Under the pieces are notes generated by a model. The model had not been told where the DNA came from. It saw only the letters and a list, made by a program, of their open reading frames with translations, and searched no databases. DNA of 64,000 bases from the human T2T-CHM13v2.0 reference genome, Homo sapiens. A program made the position numbers and the translations under genes. The stretch lies in assembly GCF_009914755.1 (NCBI RefSeq), contig NC_060933.1. One strand, written 5' to 3'. How positions within the stretch are numbered: the first letter of the stretch is position 1; the number at the start of each line of letters is the position of its first letter. Of this stretch, positions 1-14,768 are shown piece after piece.

Positions 1-584
1 ATATTTTCTGTGGAATCTGTGGTAATTTATTAGCTGCTTTAGAGTTTAAAAGCAGAGAAATATTTAATTCATTTTAAGATGCATTTGTGGGACAAATACT
101 ATCAGAAATAATGTGATTACTTTCACAATACTTTTACCTTTTTTAAAGTTCTTTTTATGTTTTCTCTTGTATCAGAGACAAGTATTTACACTCAGCTTAT
201 GTTGCCAAGATAGGGAACATTCTTCATACTATCTACTCATTCATTCACTACATTAGGTGTTGGAAACAGAACAGTTGAGGTTCTAACTAGGACACTGTTT
301 ACAGACAGGAATCTTGTAAGCAAGAAAGTAAATCTGAGAAGGTCATGATAGTAAGAGTATAGTAAATATTTGTTACATTGAAGTGAATTTAAAAATTTAT
401 AACAAGAACATTAATGACAATTTGTAAACGACAACTAATGATTACATTTCACCACTGAAAATCAAGATACTAGTAATTAAGATCAATTATAATACTTATC
501 ATTGAAGGGGAAAAAGCACTGATGAAGAAGAAAATGCAACTGAAATGTCCTCCCACTTTTTCATGACTCTCAAAGGATAGCAAC

Positions 585-763
585 ATTTCAAAGTAGCTAG
601 AAAAGAGGACTGGAAATGTTACCAACACATAGAAACAATAAATACTCAAAGTGATGGATACCCCAACTACCCTGACTCAATCATTACACATTCTATACAC
701 GTAAAAATTCTCACATGTACCCCATGAGCATGTAAAATATTATGTGCCAATAAAAGAAAAAAA
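585..763 (+). mobile_element. L1MA-type 3' end fragment
   Basis: GTGATGGATA...TACCCTGA...TCATTACACA...CACATGTACCCCAT, then AATAAA and an A-rich tail. Confidence 0.75.
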
Positions 764-1227
764 TAGAACAAGATTTAAAAATGATAATCTTGATTAAAAT
801 GGTTACTGCCTCTGGCTTGCTCGGCTCCATCATTCTGATTTCCTCTAGTTCAACTGGGAGTAAAAATAATTGTGTGTGTTTTTTTTCCCCTTAGGTCAAA
901 TGCATTGTTCTGTAAAAAGTGGGTTATTTATTGACTTTTAATCCCAAGATGTGTTTAAGATATATGCTTCTTACATATTTTTACCAACTTTTTTCTAAAA
1001 GAAAAAAAGAAAACTCAGGGAAAATATATCTCATGTGAAGTTAAATATGGAAAACGTTTTATCTTACCTTAAAAGTAATTAATAACCTGTGATTATGAGC
1101 CCAATGGGGGCATTATGGCTGAGCCAATGAGTGTGTCTTGTGCATCTACTGTGCGTCTGACTCTAACCTAGAGGCTGCTGAGTAAAAAGTGTGGTTGTAG
1201 GAAACTGAATCCTAATCTCCTAAGAAA

Positions 1228-1268
1228 GTGTGTGTGTGTGTGTGTGTGCGCGCGCGCGCGCGTGCATA
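1228..1268. repeat. (GT)10(GC)7 compound microsatellite, Z-DNA-prone
   Basis: Direct reading; 41 bp of uninterrupted purine/pyrimidine alternation. Confidence 0.95.
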
Positions 1269-2862
1269 GGTGTGGATGCAGGTCTGGATGGAGTAGGAGA
1301 GGTGGTTAGGTATTGACTCAACCCATGATAAAGAGGTGACTCAGGCAAGAGCAGTTTCTCATACTCAGGGAAAGAACATTCCGGGAGCTAAGTGGGAAGC
1401 AGAAATCCAGTAAGAAAGAAGGAGGTGATTAGAGCTCATGAATGGAATTGGGCCAACTCCGTGTGTCATTGCTTCAGGATTGGCTCTTTCACAGGTAAAA
1501 GCAAATGTGGAGTACCTGGACATGGAGCTGGAGTGAGTGTCAAGTAGAGGAGCAATAAACAGTGAGTCACATATGGACAGGAATAGCCACATGTTGTCTA
1601 TTAATTTGGATTTTGCTTTCCACGGTCAGTTATGCCTGCTATGACATGGTATGAAATGGGGATCAGCCATTCAAAGAATCCAAAATAGCAGATAACTTAC
1701 TTATAAGTGCCTGCATGGAAAAGGGATGGCTAGGGAACCATATCTGCAAAGTAACATGCTTGTTTCTTCACACACACACACATACACACACACATTTTAA
1801 GATACTTTTCCATTGTATTCTTTCCCTAGATCTTGGCTAGCCACAAGTATCATGAAAACATTATATATACATACGCACACACACACAACACATATATATA
1901 TACACATATAAATATATATGTAAAATTATTTCAGGTTCTGAGGGCTTTCAAAATACTACTCAAAGTTTTTATGAAGTTAATGATGGTTTTATTTCATTTG
2001 CTACATTATTCCTCTGCTGTTCACCCTAAAATTAGGTCTGGTTATTACCACTCAAGATCATGTTTTATCTTAATTATAATCATTGATTCAATAAAACTTT
2101 AAATTGCAATATACATGTCAGGCCATTTTCTACAAAAGTCAGAGGGAATAGTCTCCTCTTTCAATGATACAGCATCTATAGTTTTGAATATTCTCAAGCT
2201 AAGGCACAATATGAATCTAGTGAGTTACTTATCTAGAAAATGTGCTTTATCTAAAAGTCAGAATCTATATCTCAACATGACATTGTGAAGTGCTTCTTAA
2301 ATCTTCATGAGTCAAAAAAAAAAAAGACCCATAAAAGAAAATGGCAAATATGCATTTTGGTATCTATGAAATAAATGTCTTCAAATATATTCCTTCTGGA
2401 TGTCAATCAACATGGTCGTTTCAGTTTGTTAATGGACTGCCTTGTGCATCAGAAACTCAAATATCCGAAGGATATTTACTTGAAGGTAACCAGATTAATG
2501 TTATTAAGAGTTATTTTAGTTATTCTAAAGCCATGAGAAAAGATTACATTTGTAAGCTTGTTTTTATTCTCTTGTTCTGTTTCTACATCCAAATCCCAGG
2601 ACATCATCTTCCCTGGGGATACTGTTGCATTTGGATGGCTATGTGCAAGTTTTAAATTTTCCTGGACTTTTTCCAGCTCCACCATAATTTCTTTCAGTTC
2701 TTGGGCAGCTGATATAAGAGGAAGAATCGGGAAGAAACTTATAAGAAATTTTCATTAAAAAAGCATTGTTAATATTTCATGAATAAAAAATTATAGAATT
2801 TAGTTTACAAACAGCATTGATCCAATGTGTATTTATTAATTTGCTTATACATCGTTCCACTC

Positions 2863-3680
2863 TCATTCATTCAATATTTATTGAATATTTACTACACGAT
2901 GAACACTTAGTTTAGAATAAAAAATGCAGTGATGAACAAAAGACTCAGTGTGTCTGATAAAGTTTATATTCTAGTGAAAAAGGATAGAAGCAAATGACTG
3001 AACACATACGTTAAAAAATTGAAAGATTGTAATAAATATTAGCAAAGATGTAAATAGAGTACTGTGCGTATACATTACTGGGGAGATCTGATTAGGTAAG
3101 GTTGGTTAGAGGAGTTTTCTCAGTGGGAACAACTTTTGAAGTGAATCTTGAAGAATGAATAGAAGTTGACCATGCTGAAAATGAGAAGGTGAGTGTGAGA
3201 GAGAATGCTTCAGATGAGAGAACAGAAAGCTAAAAGGCCCTGATGGAAGAAATACGTTGATAATATCTTGCAACTTATGAGCTAGTGTGACAAGATCTCA
3301 GTGAGTAAAAGAGAGAGGCTCAGGCAGTATGACAGGGCCTGGATCAGGCAACTTAGTGCCTTGTAGGAAATAATAAAGAGTATGGGTTTTACTTGCAGTC
3401 CATTGAAAGCCATTGGAGGGGTTTAGGCAGAGTTAAAGCAGATCTCTGTGACTGCTGAGTGATGAATAAATTGGTTGTGCCAAGACAGGAGCGGGGAGAC
3501 CATTCAGAAGTGGTTGTAGTTTACCAGGCAGCAACTACAGATGTTGGTGACTCAGGTCAGAGTAGGGGATGTAGAGATGGATGGATTTAAGATATATTTT
3601 TGACAATTAAACTTACACTTTTAAAATTCCAAATAAAAGAAGAATCAAGAATGAATGACTGTAAAATATTTGGGCTTAGT
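2863..3680 (-). mobile_element. L2 (LINE-2) 3' portion
   Basis: TCATTCATTCAATATTTATTGAATATTT (reverse complement of the L2 3' end) followed by purine-rich L2-like body. Confidence 0.7.
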
Positions 3681-4229
3681 AAATACGTAATATCCATACT
3701 CTAATTTTTAGATGGATAAATTAAATTTTACCTCATAACAATAAAAAGGTACTCATATTTGAAGGACTAATTATTTTTCTGATTAATCTTCCCACAGTGA
3801 TATATTATGACATAGTTCCCTACATTTAGAGTTCCTGGAACTATACAAGGAAAAACATAAGGAAGCAAAGCATATGAGAGTCACACCTACTATTACTATT
3901 TACTGGCCATCTATTGCATTTGTAACTTGTCATGCCCCTTCTTCTCAGGATCTTTTGTTAAGTTACTTTATTATATATGATTTACATGCCCCCCAAAACT
4001 GCAAGCTTTTAAAGTATACAATTCAACTAATTTTAATAGACCAATATATCCATAAAACCACCACCACACACAATGTATGAATTATTTTAATTAACCCCAA
4101 GTTTCTTGTGCTTCTTTGCACATTAAGATCCCACAAGAAAATGTTGTATGTATATAGTCACATGTATTTTTTTTAAATTCAGAGAAAAAATAATATTTTA
4201 AATTTACCCAGATATTTATCATTTATAAT

Positions 4230-5300
4230 GATTTTTTCTTTCTTCCTTAATATATGAATTTTTCTCTACTACCTACTTTTTCTTCATCCTCAGAACTTTC
4301 TTTCAGCATCTCTCCTGGTGCATGTACAAGGACAATACATTCTCTTAGTTTTCTGATATCTGAAACATGTACTATTTTGCCTTCACTTATGAGGGATTTT
4401 TTGCTGGACATGGAATTCTGGGTTGTCAATTATTTTTTCTTTCAGTACTTAATTTTCCCACCTTTCCAATTTATAAATATTTTTAAAGATTTTCCATGAA
4501 CTTGAATTGTGTTCCCTTCTGTGTGATGTATTGTTGTTCTTTGTTCCGCTTACTTTCATGATTTTCTCTTTATCTCTGGATTTCAACCATCTGATGAGGA
4601 TGAGCTTAGGTGTGACTTTCTTCATATTTCTTCTGATAGGTGGTGCCAACCTTCTTGAACCTGTGAAACACTGACTTTCACGAAACTTGAGAAGTTTATC
4701 CATTATTTCTTCACATTTTTTCCTACCACTTCTCTCTGCCTTTTTCTTCTGAGAGTCTGATTATAAATATTAGAAATTTTCATATACTTTTACAAGATTT
4801 CTGAGGCTCAGTTCTTTCTTTTTAAATTATGTTTTCTCTTTTTAAAAATTGTCTAATTTATATTAATCCATATTAATTTTACTAACTCTTCTTTATATGA
4901 TTTCCATTCTGCTATTAAGCCTATTTAAAAAAATTAGATATTGGGTTTTTTAGTTATATAATTTCTACCTGGTTATTTTTCATATATTCTGTTTCTGGGG
5001 TATGATTTTTCTCTTTTCTTTTATTATAAGCAGTTAAAAGAAAGAAATCCTTAAGCATAGTTATATCAGCTGTTTAAAAATCCTTATCTGATAATTTCAA
5101 CATCCAGCTCATCTCAGGATTGGTCTTTGTTGACTGTATTTCCCCTTGAGACTGACTTTTCTGGTTCTTTACATCATATTCTGTTCAGTGTGATTATTGT
5201 GTCTTTGATACCTAGAGTTGTTATATATCTTTGGTGAATTTTGATTTCTTTTGTGATTTAGTAGGCAATTAATTTGATTAATTTGATTAGCTGCAACAAG
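4230..5300 (-). mobile_element. Old L1M fragment
   Basis: T-rich antisense L1 sequence (AAGTTTATCCATTATTTCTTCACATTTTTTC; CTGAGGCTCAGTTC). Confidence 0.6.
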
Positions 5301-5332
5301 TTGCAGCTCAAAACTCCATTCACCTCTCTAAG

Positions 5333-5803
5333 TTATGTCCTACTCCCCAGAACACGTGAATATGTCAGGTTACACGGCAAAGGGGAACTAAAGTTGCAAA
5401 CAGTATTAAGGTTGCTAATCAGCTGACCTTAAATCAGAGATTAGCCTGGATCATGTGGGCAGGCCTAAGGTAATCACAAGAAACCTTAAAACTGGAAGAA
5501 GCAGTCAGAAAGGGCGATGTGACAATGGGGCAATGTTGGAGACCTGCTATGCTGCTGGCTTCAAAGATAAAGGGAGAGGGTCACAACCAGCAAATCTGGG
5601 CAGTGTTTGAGGCCGGAAAGGCAAGGTGATGGATTCTTCCTGACAGCCTCCAGAAAAGAATTCCATACTGCTGACACCCAGATTTTAACCTAGTGATGGT
5701 TATTTTGAATTTGTTACCCACAGAACTCTAAGATGATACATTTGTGTTGTTTTAAGCCACTAAATGTGTGGTAATTTGTTAGAGTTGCAATGAAAAAAAT
5801 ACA
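5333..5803 (+). mobile_element. MLT1D/E-like MaLR solo LTR
   Basis: GTGAATATGT...TTACACGGCAAAGGG...AAGGTTGCTAATCAGCTGACCTTA; 3' end TTTGTGTTGTTTTAAGCCACTAAATGTGTGGTAATTTGTTA. Confidence 0.8.
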
Positions 5804-6599
5804 AATTTTCCGTCCCCAAAATTTGAAAACCAACTCCAGAGAAAAATAACATTGCTGTTTAGTCAAGTGAATGGTTGATTTTGTAATTGTGCAAGAAGTA
5901 TTTTAAATTGAAATTATAATTAAGGAGTATCATTTCTCATACTGACTGGGGTAAGATTATGGAGACATAGTCGAGCCGAATTCCCCCAGGCCTAACCTTC
6001 TAATTCTTCCCTCATGGTTCTCTTGCATAGCTCCTATGTCTTAAACATGGGGCTGGCTCAGAGCGTGAAGTTTCATAAGTGAGTCCTGGCTAAGTTCTTT
6101 GTCTCTTTTTCCAGTAGCCCAAATATCAATGTTGACACCTTAAAAGGTACACAATTTTATAAATTATAGACAATTCCCTGTTTCAGACTCTTTTTTAAAA
6201 TATAAATACATGATTCGAACATTTTTTTCTGCATACAAGAAAAAAAGTTGGAATAATGCATGACATTCATATTAAACATTATTCATCAGCACTGAATGAG
6301 AATTGCAAAGGCTGAGAGACAACCAGCATTTATCTATCACATATGTTCAAAACGATCATCTTTAACATCTATGTGATATCTCTCACATATGTCGAAACTT
6401 TAAAGACAGTTGCTGCAAAAGTTTTGAAATATTTCCTTTACACCACTGAGAATAAAAATATCAGAAGGAAGAGGAGAAATATATAGATAATACAGCAATA
6501 ATAAAGTTTAGTATGAAAAGAGAGTTGTTTATTTTCTAGTACTGGTTATAATTATCTCTGAGGTTCTATTTAGTATTTTGTATATAATTACCTTTCTAG

Positions 6600-6976
<377 letters not shown>

Positions 6977-8050
6977 TAAGACAGTTTACATTTTAAAATT
7001 ACCTTCAGTGTGCTTTGCTAGTTTTTCTTCTTCTATACTACTAAGTCATAATATGCCTCACACATTCTCTTGAGTATCTTTATTTTCTGGTCAGAATCAT
7101 TCTATAGAGAGAAGAAAGGCTTAGAGCATCCTTGCAACCATATTATCTAACCATAAATCTCTGCCCCTTATAACTGAGGGACATTATGTAGGATGAAACC
7201 TCAACAAGCCCCGTATACTAGAAAAAGACAGTAACTGTCAAGGACACCTGTTTTTTAGTGTGCAGTATCTGTGAACAAGAACAGCTGGTAACCCTGGATC
7301 TCATGGGTGCTAAGTCACTTTTCAGCCTGATGTTAATAAACAATCACCTCAAACTAAATGATAACAATGGTGTTCTATGGACAGTTCTTGACTTAATAAA
7401 TAAAAGCTCACAAATCTGCCTTGGAAAGGTTACCTTATGGCTTCAAAAATCTAATCTGAGTAGCTTAAAAACAGAGCTTTAACAGAAGGTAACCTTAAAC
7501 ACAACACCAGGGCCTGTGCAAGATCTCTACAGAGAGATTTTTCTTTGTTTTGAGAATTTTTCCTGCTCATTCAAAGCTTATGGGAATTTTTCAAATCGGG
7601 CTTTATTTAGTACTTCTCCATAATTCCCTGTAAATGAGAATGATAAATTTAGTGATAGAAACGGTTCATATTTGGAGTGACTGGAAAAGGATCAAGTTCT
7701 TAAAAAAATGGCAGTAAGTTCTTTCACATAGATGTATCTTTCACTGACTTCTATGCCATAGTACCACTGATCTTCACATTTTTCATAATGCAATATCTGA
7801 TTTTCATATTTCTACCTATTAGCATTTTTGACTTATTTACAAACATCAGTAAGAAGCCAGAAATAGTCACAAATTTACTAAGGAATAGGCCAACTATTTT
7901 TATTCTAAGTAACAGTGAGAGAATCAAAACTCACATTTCTAAACTTCACTGGAGTAATGATTAAAACTCACTGTTAATTATTGTGCATGTTTTGCAAGTT
8001 GAAAACTTCAGAGACGAAGTACAAATTAATGTGAACATTTATCTCCCCCG

Positions 8051-8167
8051 CCTAGAATTCTACTGTTACAGAGGCAGGGATTTCACTTGATTGGTTCATT
8101 GCTGTATTCCTAGCATTTAGCATACTACTTGACTCAGAGTATGATCTAATAAATATTAGTTTAATAA
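8051..8167 (+). mobile_element. L2 3' end fragment
   Basis: GAGGCAGGGATT...TTCATTGCTGTATTCCTAGCATTTAG...AATAAATATT. Confidence 0.65.
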
Positions 8168-8710
8168 CTCAAGAAATTAAGAATAATCTGACAGAAACAA
8201 ATAAGTCTATGAAAAAAATCAGTTGCACTTAAATTTAATGTAGATATTATTTATTCCTGAAAACCTCATGCCTTGATAAAGTAAAAATATAGTCTTGGAG
8301 CCTTGAATGCAGATTTCTGTATTTAATGTCTCCCTGGATTGCACTTCTATTCACAAGGAGAGGGTACCTTTCAAATGTATCATCTTGTCTTTCATATCCT
8401 CAGCATTTGTCAAGCCTATGTATGTGGGACAGGAATGAAAATGTGGATAGTATGTTTCTGTGTGTGCATAAACTCATGTATATGCATATGTGTGTTCTGT
8501 GCCTAGATGTTTTCTCACCTGCAGATCCACAAGATAAGCTCTGAAAGATTTTAGGAGTATGGTCAGATACACAGGGTTTCATCTATGCTCTTGGCCAGGA
8601 GAGGGAGCTGTCACCTGCTAACTACAGCATGACTCTAGGTGCAAACTCATTTTCTGTGAGGATCCATACCTCAATGGTAGCTTTTACCTAAATACAAACT
8701 ATACGTTGTG

Positions 8711-9026
8711 TTTTCTTTATTTTTTATTTTATTATTATTATTATTATTTTTTGAGATGGAGTTTCGCTCTTGTTGCCCAGGCTGGAGTGATCTCAGCTCA
8801 CTGCAACCTCTGCCTCCCAGGTTCAAACGATTCTCCTGCCTCAGCCTCCTGAGCAGCTAGGATTACAGGCACCGGCCACCACGCCCAGCTAATTTTTTGT
8901 ATTTTTAGTAGAGATGGGGCTTCACCATGTTGGCCAAGCTGGTCTTGAACTCCTGACCTCAGGTGATCCGACCGTCTCAGCCTCCCAAAGCGCTGGGATT
9001 ACAGGTGTGAGCCACGGCGCCTGGCC
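8711..9026 (-). mobile_element. AluSq/Sp with a small internal deletion
   Basis: Antisense Alu with (TTA)n tail; imperfect TSD CAAACTATA on both sides. Confidence 0.9.
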
Positions 9027-9563
9027 CCCAAACTATAGATTTTGATTGTCAAATACGTCAGTACGTCAATCAAACAAATGAAAACCTAATAAAGTATAAC
9101 ATAAGACCTATTGTGACACATATTATAACTTTTTAACATAAAACTTTTTATAATGCTAGATAATAAGTTGGGTCAATGGTAAATTATTAACACTTAAGTA
9201 CTATAGCATTAATAATGGTAGAAAATGTTTATCACCGTTCACCTTCTCTTTTCTCATAAACTCCATCTGCTTGGTTATTTGTGTTTATGTTGCATTTGAT
9301 GCATGTCTTGTCATTTGCAAAATACGAGTAAACCAGAAAAAAAGTAGAAGATGAAATGCTCATATGACTATATAAAAAAACTTTTGAAGATGTAACACAA
9401 TGTTTTCAGGGTTCACCTCCAAAATTTTCATCTACTACATATAGGTTCTGTATTAAACATTTATTAGACATTATCTTGTATAATTCTAAAAAATTATCTT
9501 CACAATTGGTCTTATAAATCCAATTAGCAGATGAGGAAATAACTACTTAGAGAAAATAGGTGA

Positions 9564-9914
<351 letters not shown>

Positions 9915-10570
9915 CTACTCAGTGATTAATTTGACATTTGAACTTTGATCATTTGACTCTAATTCCCATATGATTATCTCTTCTTCTAAATTACTCTTCT
10001 GATCAGCTGTTTACCAAATCTCTAGCACATGCCAAATATGAGGTCATTTCTTTTCCTCATTCCCATGGTGAGCATTTGAGAACAAAATCTTACTCGATCT
10101 CATAGCAATCACTGTATGCTAAAGGCGCTGATGTTATTCAAATAATTTATTATCATTATGTTAGGAAGTCTAAGAAGAGCTTATTGTTCTGCTCTGATCT
10201 GGTTTGGCCTGCCTTACAGCAGAATATTCTGGAAACCTGAGGTGGCCAGTGGCTTTGTCACTTCTCTGGAATATTGAGAAACCCACAGAGACTAAGAGGT
10301 TGGTTCATTAAGAACCTGACTAGGGAACAATAAACACAACCTGTCCATATATCACCACAGTGGCTTTGTTAATGATATTGATTCTACATTTACTACAATG
10401 ACTAACACAATTGTAATGCCTCATGTTTGCATTTCAAGTAATAAGGAAAGAAGTCTTAAATCCAAACCTTTTACTAATCAAGATGGCTATTCATAAGTGT
10501 TATTCGAAAGCTAAGTTGGATCGTATTTGTCAGTATGTTTTCAAAACAGAAGGTGAGTTACTGAATAATT

Positions 10571-10571
<1 letters not shown>

Positions 10572-10617
<46 letters not shown>

Positions 10618-10907
10618 TTTTGAGGCGTAGTCTGGCTCTGTCGCCCAGGCTGGAGTGCAGTGGCGCGATATTGGCTCACTGCAAGCCCCGCCTCCTGGGT
10701 TCACGCCATTCTCCTTCTTCAGCCTCCCACGTAGCTGTGACTACAGGTACCCGCCACCATGCCCGGCTAATTTTTTGTATTTTTTTAAGTAGAGACGGGG
10801 TTTCACCATGTTAGCCAGGATGGTCTTGATCTCTCCTGACCTCGTGATCCACCCGCCTCAACCTCCCAAAGTGCTGGGATTACAGGCATGAGCCACCGCG
10901 CCTGGCC
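10572..10907 (-). mobile_element. AluY with (ATTT)n tail
   Basis: GGGTTCACGCCATTCTCC and GTTAGCCAGGATGGTC; TSD TACTGAATAATTT (10559-10571, 10908-10920). Confidence 0.95.
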
Positions 10908-11508
10908 TACTGAATAATTTCATTTAATTCTTGAAAATTGCATACAAAATACGTTTTAATAAGAAAATACATTTTAATAAGAAACATGAAGCAGAAGCTT
11001 AAGTCTTGTTTAAATGGGGTCATTCTTCATAAGTTTACGTACGTGTGTGTATCTATGTAATTGCCAAAGACTCATTACTTTATAGCAAACTTATCTTAAA
11101 AGTTTCTATTATCTACATTGACAGCTCTTACACTTTGATTTGTTTATAATAGGTGAATTCTCAGTCTAGCTTTAGCAAGTAATTTCAAAATTAATACTAT
11201 TTTGATTTTGTTCAACAATTCTTGCTTAACCTGATGTATCTTACAAACAGGTTGTATGACCAGTTTCTTAAGGATAGTTGAATATTATATTAATATTATT
11301 GTTTGTTTAAAATAGCAAAAATACTTAATCTCTACCCCCATCCCCCCACGGCTGGATTGTTGACTTCTTCTTTGATTGGTGGTTTAATACAGAATGAGAG
11401 ACTGGGAATTGAAAGAATGAAAACTTAACACTTTCAGTCCACAATGCTTTGAGTCCCCAGGTGAAGTTTGATTTCGGTAGTTCTTAAAATTCCTAAGATC
11501 CACATAGA

Positions 11509-11760
11509 CAGTGTAGCACATTGTCTAATAGTACAGAATCCAGAGCCATATGGCTTGGGTTCAAATTCCATTTCCAACATTTACTAACTGTGGGACCTTG
11601 GGCAGGTTGCTTAAAGTCTCTGTATGCTCACCTATGAAATGGGAATAAAAACAGCACCAATTTCATAGGACTGATAAGCATAAGTAAATTAATATGAATA
11701 AGACACCTAAAAGTTGGCCTGACAAAATAAGAGCTGTATTTGGTACCTTCTGTTATTATC
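11509..11760 (+). mobile_element. MIR, near full length
   Basis: TGGGTTCAAATTCCA...ACTAACTGTGGGACCTTGGGCAGGTTGCTTAA...TATGAAATGGGAATAA core. Confidence 0.8.
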
Positions 11761-13086
11761 TAAACAGACTCAAATATTTAGATCTTTGTAAAATCCTGAG
11801 CAGCTCATATATTCATTCAGCATTTGTTCTCTGAGCCTGTGTTATATGACGGGTGGTATTCTAGATTCAAGCACTACATCCATGAACAGAACTACAATTC
11901 CTGCTTCAATTATTTCGTCATATCAATATCCTGTAACTGTAGCCTCCTCAAAATTCCAACTGATCAAAAATATTGTCTATTTCAAGATTTTTGCTTTTCA
12001 ATTTTAGTAACAAATATCTAGTTACAGAAACTCATTTATTTACACCTCTAAACCCAATTCTCTTTGTCTCCTTTCATACTGTTTTTACATTTAGTGCAGT
12101 GCCTAACATATACTAAGTATATATGAAAAATATGAATAAGTAGTCAAAATGGAAAATATTCCAACCCCATTCATTATTCAATGATTTTCAGATGCATTCT
12201 TGCCTGTCAATTCTAAAATTAAAAAATTCTAAAGAGGTAACATTAATTCAGAATATATTCAAAATCTCTTGTGGAATAAATATATTCTTCACTTTTGGGG
12301 ACGGTTACTAGGTTGAAAAAAAGTTGTCTATCTTTTATCCAAGTGTCACTCAACTGGTATTATAGGAATATTTGGAATACCATGAATGTGGACTGCATCC
12401 CTCAAAACAACACTATGATATATCTTTGTTATTGAGCTTGTTTTTTCATATTTACCAAATGCTTGCAAGGACATACTCTTGTTTATAGTATTTTCACAGA
12501 TTTCTGGGATGAATTTTATATTATTTCTAAGATAGATGTCACTTAATTCAATAGGTAAATGTTCAAAAACTGCCTATATTCCTAAAAGATATGAATGTAT
12601 TTTTGTGCATTTGTTTCTACACAAATCAGAAAAAATTAAAACAAAATACATTTGCTGGACCCATTTCTTTCATGGAGAGCATATTTACCTTGGTGATGTA
12701 AGTTGTAGCTAAAGTATATGGATCAGAGGGCTGCTTTGCTGGAAACACTTTCAGCTCGCTGGCCTCTGGTCATCTTCATTACTACTCCCAAGTTGTTTTC
12801 ACTGGCCATTGTTGACATAAAGGCAGAATAAAATAAACATAAGAATAGTATTATATTTCTTGGTTTTCTGAGAAGCATGTTTTGTGAAGAGAAATATATA
12901 TATATATATGAAGTTACATATATATAGTGTGTTATATGTATAATGAACATTTACATAGCTAAATTACATTAACATTTTCTATTTTAGCTTTTTTGCTTCA
13001 TCTTCATCAGGATTTCTATCAGCTATTGCTCAAATAAATAATACCTACATTTGATAAAGGATGTGTTCAGGAATGAGATTGCTCTA

Positions 13087-13631
13087 CAGTATTCCCCCCT
13101 CATCTGTAGTTTTGCTTTCACGGTTTCAGTTACCTGTAATCAACTGTGGTCCAAAAATATTAAATGGAAAAATCCGGAAGTAAACAATTCATGATTTAAG
13201 TTGCATGCTGTTCTGAGTAGCGTGATGAAATCTTGAGCTGTCCTGCACCCTCTGTCTTGCCCGTTCCCTAGTCCAGAGTATCCATACTGCAGAGCTGCAG
13301 GCACGCCCAGCCATTAGTTCTTGACTTAAGGAAAGGAAAATTGCAGGCTGAGGTTGCTAAGATCTATGGTAAGAATGAATCTTCTATCCTGGAAATCTCA
13401 AAAAAGGAAAAAAGAAATTTGTGCTAGTTTTGTTGCCACACCTCAAACTGCAAAAGTTGCAGCTACGGTGTGTAAGTACTTAGTTGAGATAGAAAACGCA
13501 TTTAATTTGTGGGTGGAAGACATGCGTAGAAACATGTCCTATTGATGGCAATAGAGTTTAGTTATATCCTTGGATTCAGATATCCATGGGCATCTTGAAA
13601 CATATCCCCTACAGATAAAGAGAAGCTATTG
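13087..13631 (+). mobile_element. MER44 / Tigger7-derived DNA transposon
   Basis: TA-flanked degenerate TIRs (CAGTATTCCCCCT...AGAAGCTATTG); internal ORF 13354-13545 resembles the CENP-B-type HTH region of Tigger transposase (ENAFNLWVEDM). Confidence 0.8.
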
Positions 13632-14461
13632 TATATTCCTTCCATGCAATCTTTCTTGTCAGGTTTTTATATCAAGGTTATACTGGCCTCATAAAATGAG
13701 TTGGAATGTATTGCTTCTTCTTCTAATCCATGGAAGAGTTTTGGAGAATTATTGCTCATTGTCTCTTCAAATACTGCCTATTGCTTATATTGTTTCTTAT
13801 TGCTCTGGATCAGATATATTTTGTATATTGAGCTTTTTTTCCATTTGCCATCCTCTCATAAGCATATTTACTTCTTAATACATTCTTTATACATTTTAAT
13901 GACCTCAAAGTTTTTTCTGTTATATATAATGCTTCAATAAGGAGATACATATAATTAATTTTTCATGCTTTTTCACTATTCTCTTAGGATACATTCAAAA
14001 GGTTGAGAAGAAAAAATAATGGTTAAATACAAAGGCTTTGAAGTATTAAAACCTGATATCCTTTCCTAGTGCTACACCATTCAATCAGTTTGATTTTAAT
14101 CAAATGATTACCCCTCTCAGGACACATTTTCTTCATTTGTAAATTGTTGAAGGTAATACCTACCGCTTAGGGGGTTTGTGACTTAATGGGCTGATGTAAA
14201 ATTAATATATCACCAGATATTTATTAAGCCACCCAATACAAAGTAGCTACAATTATTATCCTCCTCATCATTATGGAAAAAAAGTTTATTTTGTTTGCTT
14301 AATATAACAGATATAAACATACCTCTTTGTATCAGATTTATTCTTATTCTTAACACTTTTACATAACATCAATTCCTACCACCTCCAGGTTTTATCAATA
14401 TAGCACAAAAACTATTTTTTGAATACTTATTGTTATGATAAGCAAATAGAAACACATTCTT

Positions 14462-14768
14462 TTTTAAAATTTTTTTAGAGACAAGTCTTACTCTGTTGCC
14501 CAGGCTGAAGCACAATGGTACAATCGCAGCTCACTGCAGCTTCATGTTCCTGGGCTCAAGTGATCTTCCTGCCTTAGCCTCCTGAGTAGCTGGGACAATG
14601 GCGAGCCACCATGCCCAGCTAATTTTTTTTTTGTATTTTTTTTTGTAGAGGCAGGGGTCTCCCTATATTCCCCAGGCTGGTCTTGAACTCCTCCTGACCT
14701 CAAGCAATCTTCTTGCCTTGGCCTCCCAAAATGTTGGGATCACAAGTATAATCCACCATGGCTTGCCT
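14462..14768 (-). mobile_element. AluJ
   Basis: CCTGGGCTCAAGTGATCTTCC J-type; perfect 13-bp TSD GAAACACATTCTT (14449-14461, 14769-14781). Confidence 0.9.

Noticed and set aside
13354-13545. 63-aa ORF resembling a CENP-B/Tigger HTH domain
   Set aside because: Short remnant inside a non-autonomous MER44 element, with no catalytic domain or gene structure
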